This document shows, one piece after another, positions 8,452 to 15,896 of a DNA stretch of 64,000 bases. A model generated the notes under the pieces. That model was given only the letters and a program-made list of their open reading frames with translations, did not search any database and was not told where the DNA came from. Numbering within the stretch: position 1 is the stretch's first letter; each line of letters begins with the position of its first letter. Origin of the DNA: an uncultured Candidatus Rokubacteria bacterium. GTDB taxonomy: Bacteria; Methylomirabilota; Methylomirabilia; Rokubacteriales; CSP1-6. The stretch is taken from contig CAVXJS010000011.1 of NCBI GenBank assembly GCA_963762145.1, forward strand, positions 320,001 to 384,000, written 5' to 3'. Position numbers and translations under genes: made by a program.

Positions 8452-10377
8452 TCAGGCGGCGCGCCGCTCCTGCCGCCGCGAGTACGCGAAGGCAGCCACG
8501 ATCAGCAGCACCACCACGAGCTGCGTCAGCACGCCCTGCCACGTCGGGTAGAGACCGAGCGACGGGACCGCGGGCAGGTCGAGCGGCTGCACCGGCAGGC
8601 TCCCGGCCTCCTGCAGGGCCGCGATGCCCTTGCCGGCCAGGACCACCGCGAGGAGCGCCATCAGGATCGAGCCCACCCCGAAGAAGAGGCCGAGCGGCAG
8701 CCGCAGGCCGGCCTTCAGGATGAGCCAGGCGAGCGCCACCAGGCCGACCACCGCGGCCGCGAACCCGGCCCCGACCGCGAGGCGCCCGTCGGCGCCCGCC
8801 TCGACCCAGAGCGCCTGATAGAACAGCACCGTCTCGAAGGCCTCGCGGTAGACCGCGAGGAACGAGATCGACGCGAGCGCCCACATGGTGCGGCCGGAGA
8901 GCGCGGTCGCCACGCGCGTCTCGATGAACGCCTTCCACCGGGCCGCGTGGCTGTGGCGGTGCATCCAGAAGCCCACGTAGAGCAGCATGACGGCCGCGAC
9001 GAGCGCGGCGATGCCCTCGGTGATCTCGCGACCGGCCCCGGTGACGGTCACCAGGTAGGAGGCGGCCACCCAGGTGAGCCCGCCGAGCGCGAGGGCCCCG
9101 ATCCATCCCGCGTGCACGTAGCGGAGCGCGTCGCGGCGCCCCGCCCTGATCAGCAGGGCGATGAGGGCCGCCACCACCAGCAGGGCCTCGAGCCCCTCCC
9201 GGAGCAGGATCACCAGCGCGCTGGCGAAGAGCGTGCCGGGGGAGAGGCGGGCCGCGTCGAGCCGCTGCCGCGCGGTCTCGAGCAGGGCCTGGATCGCGCG
9301 TTCCTGCGTCTCGACCGCGGTCACCGGCGCCCCGGACTGGAGCAGCGACCGGTAGCGCAGCATCTCGGCCTCGACGCGGGTCAAGAGCGCGCCGTCCACC
9401 GCGCGCAGCGGGGCCTCCACCAGCTCGAACCCCTCCAGGTACCCGGTGACCGCGAGCCGATGGGCACGCGTGGCGTCGCCCTGGCGGTAGGCCTCCAGGC
9501 TCTCGCCCAGCAGCCGCGCGCTCACGTCGAGCGGCGTCTCGCGGCCGCCCACCGCGCCGGGCTCGGCGCGCAGGTGGGCGAGCACGGCCGCCCCGTCGCG
9601 GCCCAGCCGGGCGGTCACCTCCCGCGGCGTCGCCATCACGAGCGCGCGCAGGTCCCCGAGCTCGCCCGCACCCGTGCCGGCCTTCCAGAGCGCGGCCCCG
9701 CGGGCGCGCTCGTCGGCGCTTCCCGCGAGCGTGGTGACGTAGAAGGCCAGCGCCCAGCGCTGGGGGTCGCTCAGTGCGGAGAACCCGGTCATCCCGGTGC
9801 CCTTGATGCCAAGGGTGATCGTGTTGTAGAGACCGAGCACGCTGAGCTGGCCCTGGCGGGCCGCGTCGGTGAGGTCGGCGGGCGGCGGCGTGAGCCCCTT
9901 GGCCGCGGGTCCGTCGCCGCGGCCGCTCGCGCCGTGGCAGACCGCGCAGTGCGTGGCGAAGTCGGCGGGGGCGGACGCGAGGTCCGGTGCCCGCCGCGGA
10001 GACACCCGGACCTGGTAGACCTCGATGATGCGTCCCCGCAGCTCGCCCGCGAGCCGCGTCACCTCGTCGCCCGGCCGCTTGTCGCCGATCGCGGCGGCCA
10101 GCTGCGCGGCCCCGGTCTCGAGCGCGGTCCGCTCCGGGCGGGCCGGAAGCTCGCGGATCAGGGCGAGCACGCTCGCGGCGAACTCGACCTGCTCGTCGTA
10201 CTCGCCCTGGTCGGCGACCTTGCCGTCCTTGACCGCTTCCGGGTAGTCCACACCCAGGTAGTCGAGCAGGTGGAGGATCGGCGCGAAGGGATCGTCGGCG
10301 GCGGCCGGCGCCGCGGTGAAGCCGGACGCCGCGATCAGGGCGAGGAGGAGGGCGACCCGGATGAAGGGGCGCGTCAG
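8452..10377 (-). CDS. Cytochrome c-FTR1 family iron permease fusion (PbrT/EfeU-like)
   Basis: Signal-peptide-like N-terminus, LHLLDYLGVDYPEAV, heme motif CAVCHG, REGLE and REAFE permease motifs. The frame is open to a CTG at 10377; the track starts it at GTG 10251. Confidence 0.9.
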   Translation of the reverse strand: MTRPFIRVALLLALIAASGFTAAPAAADDPFAPILHLLDYLGVDYPEAVKDGKVADQGEYDEQVEFAASVLALIRELPARPERTALETGAAQLAAAIGDKRPGDEVTRLAGELRGRIIEVYQVRVSPRRAPDLASAPADFATHCAVCHGASGRGDGPAAKGLTPPPADLTDAARQGQLSVLGLYNTITLGIKGTGMTGFSALSDPQRWALAFYVTTLAGSADERARGAALWKAGTGAGELGDLRALVMATPREVTARLGRDGAAVLAHLRAEPGAVGGRETPLDVSARLLGESLEAYRQGDATRAHRLAVTGYLEGFELVEAPLRAVDGALLTRVEAEMLRYRSLLQSGAPVTAVETQERAIQALLETARQRLDAARLSPGTLFASALVILLREGLEALLVVAALIALLIRAGRRDALRYVHAGWIGALALGGLTWVAASYLVTVTGAGREITEGIAALVAAVMLLYVGFWMHRHSHAARWKAFIETRVATALSGRTMWALASISFLAVYREAFETVLFYQALWVEAGADGRLAVGAGFAAAVVGLVALAWLILKAGLRLPLGLFFGVGSILMALLAVVLAGKGIAALQEAGSLPVQPLDLPAVPSLGLYPTWQGVLTQLVVVLLIVAAFAYSRRQERRAA

Positions 10378-10784
10378 CGCTTCGTCTCCCGCGGCGTGAC
10401 CGCGATCGCGAGCTTGCCGACGCCGGCGAGCCGCGCCGCGTCCATGACGTCCACCACGCGCCCGTGAAGCACGTCGGTGTCGGCCTCGATCACCACCGCG
10501 AGCTCGGGCTCGGTGCGGGCGCGGGCCTGCAGGCGCGCGGTGAGCTGGGCGGCGTCGACCGGCTCCCGCTCGAGATAGATGACGCCCTCGCGCGAGATCG
10601 AGACCGAGACCGGCGCGCGCGCCGCCTCCGCGCGGGCCGCCTTGGGCAGATTGACCGGGATGCCGCCGTGCACCGTCATCGCGAGGCTCGCCATCATGAA
10701 GAAGACGAGCAGGAAGAACACGGTGTCGATCATGGGGATGATCTCGATCCGGGCCTTGCGGGGCGGGCGGCGGCGGAACTTCAC
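10374..10784 (-). CDS. exbD: Biopolymer transport protein ExbD/TolR
   Basis: IEIIPMIDTVFFLLVFFM transmembrane segment with the conserved Asp; VIEAD...HGRVVDVMD. Confidence 0.92.
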   Translation of the reverse strand: MKFRRRPPRKARIEIIPMIDTVFFLLVFFMMASLAMTVHGGIPVNLPKAARAEAARAPVSVSISREGVIYLEREPVDAAQLTARLQARARTEPELAVVIEADTDVLHGRVVDVMDAARLAGVGKLAIAVTPRETKR

Positions 10785-11395
10785 GGGATCTGCTGCTCCC
10801 GCAGCGCGAGGTCGAGGCGGCTGGCCAGCCGCTCCATCGTGTCCATGGCCTGCTCGGCGCGGGCCAGGAAGTAGTTGTAGGGCACCAGGGTGGCGATCGC
10901 GATGCCGAGGCCGGCCGCGGTGGCGATCAGGGCCTCGGCCACGCCCCCGGTGATGGCGTTCGGCTGGTTCATGCCGCTCGTCGACAGGATGCCGAAGGCG
11001 GCGATCATGCCGGTGACGGTGCCCAGCAGTCCGAGCAGGGGCGACAGCGTGATGATGGTGTCGAGGACCGGGAGGTAGCTGCGGAGGCGGCTCATCTCGG
11101 TCTGGGCCGCCGCTTCCATCGCGGCGGCGGGCGGGGCCTGTCGCTCGGCGAGGCCCGCCGCGACCACCCGCGCGGTCGCGGTGCGGGAGGCGCGGGCGAC
11201 CTCGAGCGCCTCGTCCAGCTTGCCGCGCTCGGCCAACTCGAGGGCGCGCTCGGCGGGACCCGCGTCACCCTGGCGCCACCAGAAGCCGAGCCGCTCGACC
11301 ACCACGGCCACGGCCAGGACGGAGCAGATCAGGAGCGGGATCATCACGGGCCCGCCCTTGGCGAGCGTCTGGATCAGAGTGCCGATGTGAAGCAC
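10781..11395 (-). CDS. exbB: MotA/TolQ/ExbB proton-channel protein
   Basis: PLLGLLGTVTGMIAAF and GGVAEALIATAAGLGIAI motifs. Confidence 0.92.
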   Translation of the reverse strand: MLHIGTLIQTLAKGGPVMIPLLICSVLAVAVVVERLGFWWRQGDAGPAERALELAERGKLDEALEVARASRTATARVVAAGLAERQAPPAAAMEAAAQTEMSRLRSYLPVLDTIITLSPLLGLLGTVTGMIAAFGILSTSGMNQPNAITGGVAEALIATAAGLGIAIATLVPYNYFLARAEQAMDTMERLASRLDLALREQQIP

Positions 11396-11497
11396 GACGG
11401 GCCCCTTCGCTGCCGGCGGCGTCGCGGGGACGGCCGGCTCTGGTGGCTCGCTGCCTGGGGCGAATGCCCGTCGGGGTGGCTGGCTGGGGTGGACAGG

Positions 11498-11677
11498 TTA
11501 CTTGGTCAGGATCAGCTTGTCCGCCTTGGTGATGTGCAGCCGGTATTCCTGGCCGCGATGCACGATGACGATCTCACGGCGTCCCCGGAACAGCTCCGCG
11601 CTCGCGATCCGGACGCCGGCCCGCGCGGTCGCGGGAGCCTCGCGGGCGAGGGGAGCCTCACCGGGGTCGTCGATCAC
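11498..11677 (-). CDS. hemP: Hemin uptake protein HemP/HmuP
   Basis: [34 protein letters not shown] with the family KLILTK C-terminus; GTG 11677 overlaps the bfr stop. Confidence 0.88.
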   Translation of the reverse strand: MIDDPGEAPLAREAPATARAGVRIASAELFRGRREIVIVHRGQEYRLHITKADKLILTK

Positions 11678-12153
11678 GTATCCTCTTCCTTGATCTGCTG
11701 GGAGAGATAGTGCGCCTCCCCCACCTGCCGGATCAGCTCCATCTGCTCCTCGATCCAATCGATGTGCCCCTCTTCGGCGGTCAGGATGTTTTCCACGAGC
11801 TCGCGCGTGCCGTTGTCGCCCAGCCCCCGGCACAGCTCCACCCCGGCATTCAGCGCGGCCACCGCGGCCCGCTCCAGATCGAGATCGAGCCGGAGCTGCT
11901 CGGGCACCGTCTGCCCGACGTTCACCTTGCCGAGCCGCTGCACGTTCGGCACGCCCTCCAGGTAGAGGATCCGCTCGATGAGCCGGTCGGCGTGACGCAT
12001 CTCACCGATCGATTCTTCGCGCAGCTTCTTCCACAGGCGCTTGTAGCCCCAGTTCTCGCACATCCGAGCGTGGATGAAGTACTGGTTGATGGCGGTCAGC
12101 TCCGCCGTGAGGATGTCGTTGAGCAGGCTCACCACCTGGTCGTGCCCCTTCAT
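11674..12153 (-). CDS. bfr: Bacterioferritin
   Basis: MKG...[24 protein letters not shown] (heme-ligand Met and ferroxidase ligands), [16 protein letters not shown]. Confidence 0.96.
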   Translation of the reverse strand: MKGHDQVVSLLNDILTAELTAINQYFIHARMCENWGYKRLWKKLREESIGEMRHADRLIERILYLEGVPNVQRLGKVNVGQTVPEQLRLDLDLERAAVAALNAGVELCRGLGDNGTRELVENILTAEEGHIDWIEEQMELIRQVGEAHYLSQQIKEEDT

Positions 12154-12173
12154 AGATTCCCCCCGTGAGGACG

Positions 12174-12367
12174 TTAGTGGACTGCTGCCGCCCACCATAG
12201 TGCCCGTCACGGGCCCGCTCCACCAGCGCGTCGAGGAGGTCGCCGCAGGCGCCGCAGTCTCCGCCCGCCCCGCATGCGCGCTCGACCTGGGCGACCGTGC
12301 GCGCGCCGTCCGCGATGACCGCCTCGACAGTGCGATCGGAGACGCCGCGGCAGAGGCAGAGGATCAT
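12174..12367 (-). CDS. bfd: Bacterioferritin-associated [2Fe-2S] ferredoxin
   Basis: [11 protein letters not shown]...GAGGDCGAC. As written, the frame runs on to 12002 inside bfr; a 1-nt indel would give the TAA at 12174-12176, so the end is inferred. Confidence 0.85.
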
Positions 12368-12445
12368 CCGCGGGAGCTCCGGGGCGCGGCCGGCCGGTCG
12401 ATCATTCGGGTGCCTTTCCGTTCACTCTTAGGGCCCTGATACGAC

Positions 12446-12482
12446 GATGGTTAGGTTTACCTAATTATAATTGGGCTGTCAA
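12446..12482 (-). promoter_or_regulatory. Sigma-70-type promoter for bfd overlapped by a DtxR/IdeR-like operator
   Basis: Minus-strand TTGACA at 12482-12477. GATGGTTAGGTTTACCTAA (12446-12464) matches TWAGGTWAGSCTWACCTWA at 16 of 19 positions. AT-rich island in GC-rich DNA. Confidence 0.65.
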
Positions 12483-12562
12483 CGGAGAATTTCCCCACCC
12501 TGCCGGCCGGGTCGGCTTACCATCGCGGCATCCAAATCGTCGATGCCCAAGGAGGGGAACAC

Positions 12563-13810
12563 ATGCGCATGCGCCCGACCGTGCAGTGGCTGTTGGGAGT
12601 GGCTCTCGCGATGGCCGTGGCCCTGGTCCCGGCCGCGCCGGCCCGGGCCGACGAGACCTGCCAGTCCCCCTTCCTGCCCAAGGTGACCGGCCAGGAAGAC
12701 TACCTCTACGTGTGGACCCTCGGGGTGAAGGGGGTGGCGGACGGCAACGACAGCATGGTCACCGTGGACGTCACCCCCGGGTCAGGGCGCTACGGCCAGA
12801 TCGTCCACCGGGCTCCGGTGCCCGGCCAGCACGAAGCCCACCACGCCGGCTTCACCGACGACCGGCGCTTCCTCTGGGCGGGGGGGCTCGACACCAGCCA
12901 GATCTTCATCTTCGACGTGGCCTCGAACCCGGGCCAGCCGAAGCTGGTGAAGACGATCAAGACGTTCGTGAAGGACACCGGAGGCCTGGTCGGTCCACAT
13001 ACCTTCTACGCGCTCCCGGGGCGGATGCTGATCACCGCCCTCTCCAACTCCAAGGACTACGGCGGCCGGACCGGGATGGCCGAGTACACCAACGACGGGA
13101 AGTTCATCCGGACGATCTGGATGCCCGCGGAGGCTCCCTACGGCTACGACGTCCGGGTCAACGTCAACCTGAACCGCATGCTCACGTCGTCGTTCGCGGG
13201 CCGGAAGAACTACATGCGGCCGATCGGGGAGCTCCTGAAGGACGGCGAGGCCATGAAGCAGTTCGGCTCGTCGGTCGTCGTCTGGGACTTCCACGCGCGC
13301 AAGCCGCTCCAGGTGCTCCAGATCCCGGGCGCGCCGCTCGAGCTCCGGTGGGCCCTCCTGCCGAATCATCCGTACGCCTTCACCTCGACCGCGCTCACCG
13401 GGCAGCTCGTGCTGATCCACCAGCAGCCGGACGGCAAGTGGACCCACAAGAACATCGCCGAGATCGGCGCCAACATCCCGGTGGACATCAGCATCGCGCC
13501 CGACGACAGCAAGATCTACGTGAACTCCTACGGCGACGGGACGCTGCGGATCTACGACGTGACCAATCCGTTCGAGGGCAAGCTCATCCACCAGGTGAAG
13601 CTCGGCGACCAGGCCAACATGGTCTCGACCTCGTGGGACGGCCAGCGCGTCTACGCGACCAGCTCGCTGCTCTCGCAGTGGGACAAGCCCGGCGACCAGT
13701 GGCTGAAGGCCTTCGCGTGGGAGGACGGCAAGCTGGTCCCGAAGTTCAGCACCGACTTCAACGGGGTCGGGCGCGCGCACATCATGAACTTCGGGAGCAA
13801 GTCCCGGTAA
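12563..13810 (+). CDS. Exported SBP56 family protein, methanethiol oxidase (MtoX)-like
   Basis: Signal peptide then DETCQSPF, YVWTLG, EAHHAGFTDDRR, GPHTFYALPGRMLI, PGAPLE, PVDISI, QWDK, GRAH motifs typical of bacterial MtoX. Confidence 0.88.
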   Translation: MRMRPTVQWLLGVALAMAVALVPAAPARADETCQSPFLPKVTGQEDYLYVWTLGVKGVADGNDSMVTVDVTPGSGRYGQIVHRAPVPGQHEAHHAGFTDDRRFLWAGGLDTSQIFIFDVASNPGQPKLVKTIKTFVKDTGGLVGPHTFYALPGRMLITALSNSKDYGGRTGMAEYTNDGKFIRTIWMPAEAPYGYDVRVNVNLNRMLTSSFAGRKNYMRPIGELLKDGEAMKQFGSSVVVWDFHARKPLQVLQIPGAPLELRWALLPNHPYAFTSTALTGQLVLIHQQPDGKWTHKNIAEIGANIPVDISIAPDDSKIYVNSYGDGTLRIYDVTNPFEGKLIHQVKLGDQANMVSTSWDGQRVYATSSLLSQWDKPGDQWLKAFAWEDGKLVPKFSTDFNGVGRAHIMNFGSKSR

Positions 13811-13812
13811 CC

Positions 13813-14508
13813 GTGCGCGGCTGGCTCGGTCCCGGCGCGCTCGCGGTGGCCCTGGCCGCGGGCGCGCTGGGGCCGCCCGGCGCGACGGCCCACTCGCCCG
13901 GGCCCGCGCTCGCGGACGAGTTCATCCAGGGTGTGTTCACGCCCGCGTTCGTGCCGCCGCCGCCCGGCAGCTACGAGCTGCCCGCGATCAAGCGCGTCGG
14001 CGCCTTCACGCTGCGCGACGCCGCGGGGCGGGTGGTGGATACCCGCGCGATTATGGCGGGGAAGATCGCGGTGGTGAGCTTCATCTACACCGCGTGCCCG
14101 GACCGCCTCGGCTGCCCGCTCGCGAGCCAGGCGCTGCGCGATATCCAGACCCGGCTACGCGAGACGGGCCTCGCGGGGGAGACGGCGCTCGTCTCGATCA
14201 GCTTCGACCCCGAGCGCGACCGGCCCGCCCAGCTCGCGAAGTACGCCGCGGTCTACGACGCCGATCCCGCCCTCTGGCGCTTCCTGACCGCCCCGTCCGG
14301 CCGCGTGCTCGACGCGGTGCTGGAGAGCTACGGGCAGGACCGGACGCCCGAGCGTGACGAGCGCGGCCGGCCCACCGGACGCATTCGCCACGTGCTGAAG
14401 GTCTTCCTGGTGGACCGCGAGGGGTTCATCCGCAACGTCTACAGCGCGGGTTTCCTGGTGCCCGAGCTGGTGATGAACGACATCCGCACCGTGCTGGGGA
14501 AGCCCTAG
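13813..14508 (+). CDS. SCO1/SenC family copper chaperone
   Basis: GTG 13813; SFIYTACPDRLGCP, SISFDPERD, RHVLKVFLVD; lies directly after the SBP56 gene, as in mtoX clusters. Confidence 0.88.
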   Translation: MRGWLGPGALAVALAAGALGPPGATAHSPGPALADEFIQGVFTPAFVPPPPGSYELPAIKRVGAFTLRDAAGRVVDTRAIMAGKIAVVSFIYTACPDRLGCPLASQALRDIQTRLRETGLAGETALVSISFDPERDRPAQLAKYAAVYDADPALWRFLTAPSGRVLDAVLESYGQDRTPERDERGRPTGRIRHVLKVFLVDREGFIRNVYSAGFLVPELVMNDIRTVLGKP

Positions 14509-14516
14509 CGGAGTGG

Positions 14517-15053
14517 CTAGAGAACGTGGAGGAGGGGGCGGGCGCGGAGCGTCGCCTCGTCCCAGAAGCCGGTCGTGCGCAGCTCGTCCAGCGCCTTGGC
14601 CATGTCGTCCCCGCGCATGACCGCGAGGGTCCCGCCGCCCGGGAAGAAGCCGCCGAACGCCATGCGCCCGCCGCCGCGGGCCTCGATGAGGGCGAAGGAG
14701 GCCATCTCCACGTCGGGGGCCAGACCTTCCACCAGCGTGACCGGGCGCGAGCCGTCGGTGACGAGGGGAGGCAGCTCCCACGGCTCGAGGAATTGCGCGA
14801 AGCTCCGCGGCGCGTAGCTGGCCCACACGCCGCCGGTCATGTAGGGGTCCTCCTCCACCAGCCGGCGGACGTCGTCCGGCTGCTGGACGCGATAGAACAC
14901 GTCGGCACCGCGGCCGTCCGGGGCGGGCCCGCCGCCGATGACGAGCCCCTGGGCGCGGAGGCCCATGAGCCGCTCGAGGTGGGCCTTGCGGTACGGCTCG
15001 CGCTTCTCCAGGTAGTCGTCCGCGGTCTTCACCGCGACGTGGTAGATGATCAC
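14517..15053 (-). CDS. YciI family protein with a probable second YciI-like domain
   Basis: DYLEKREPYRKAHLERL, GGGPAPDG, VEEDPYMTGGVW; GTG 15053 overlaps the upstream TGA. Confidence 0.75.
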   Translation of the reverse strand: MIIYHVAVKTADDYLEKREPYRKAHLERLMGLRAQGLVIGGGPAPDGRGADVFYRVQQPDDVRRLVEEDPYMTGGVWASYAPRSFAQFLEPWELPPLVTDGSRPVTLVEGLAPDVEMASFALIEARGGGRMAFGGFFPGGGTLAVMRGDDMAKALDELRTTGFWDEATLRARPLLHVL

Positions 15054-15815
15054 GGGGTGACCCAGCCGCCCGCGAACGGGATGACCTGGCCGATGAAGAA
15101 GTCGGCGTCCTCGGAGGCCAGGTACACGGCGAGGCGGGCGGATTCCTCGCTGCGCGCGAGCCGGCCCGGCCGGGATGTGCTTGACCATGCGCGCGAGCCG
15201 GACGGGGTCGGCGGTGAGGGCGGGCGGGAAGTACGTCGGGTTCTCGACGTAGTTCTGGGCGATCGCGTTGACCTGGATGCCGTCCTCCGCGACCTCGCGC
15301 CCGACCGCCTTGGTGAGCCCGTTGACGCCGGCGCGCGCCGCGGTGTAGGCCGCGTAGTTGCGGGAGGCCGGGGAAGGCCGCGGCGGAGGACATGTTGATG
15401 ATCTTGCCGCGCCCGGCCGGCCGCATCACGCGCAGCGCGGCGCGCAGGCAGTAGAACGGCTCGTCGAGCAGCCGCGCCATCATCTCGCGCCACGCCGCGT
15501 CGGTGATCTCCTCGGTCGGGCTGCCCGGAGGGCGGGTGGGCGTTGTTGTTGACGAGGATGTCGAGGCGGCCGAAGCGCGCCGACCACCGCCGTCGACCAC
15601 GCGGTCGGCCTCGCCCGAGCGGCTGAGGTCGCCGCCGAGCGACGAGCACGTCGCGGCCGAGGCGCTCGGCGATGCGCGCGAAGCGGCGCGATCGCCGCCT
15701 CGTCCCGGTCGTGCAGCGCCACCGAGGCGCCCTCGCGGCAGAACTCCTCGGTGATGGCGGGGCCCATGAAGTGGCTGACGTTGGTGATGAGCGCGACCTT
15801 GCCGGTGAGCTTCAT
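15050..15815 (-). CDS. SDR-fold enzyme with halohydrin dehalogenase motifs (several frameshifts)
   Basis: TNVSHFMG (T-x4-F-x-G), S-x12-Y-x3-R (SAAAFPGLP/NYAAYTAAR across a 1-nt indel), NAIAQNYVENPTYFP, IGQVIPFAGGW. Confidence 0.8.
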
Positions 15816-15896
15816 GCGTGGCTCACGAGCGTACGCGGGACTTCGCGGCCGCGCAAGGCCGTGGTAACGTGAGAGCGCGCGGGCAAGGGAGGTGCC

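Noticed and set aside
12002-12173. Genuine 152-nt overlap of an extended bfd with bfr
   Set aside because: The extension is low-complexity shadow sequence; a single missing base restores a normal-length Bfd.
3304-13810. A DMSP/methanethiol pathway linking the M24 enzyme (DddP-like), acyl-CoA genes and the SBP56 protein
   Set aside because: No specific DddP or Dmd signature can be supported by eye, and the genes are in separate transcription units.
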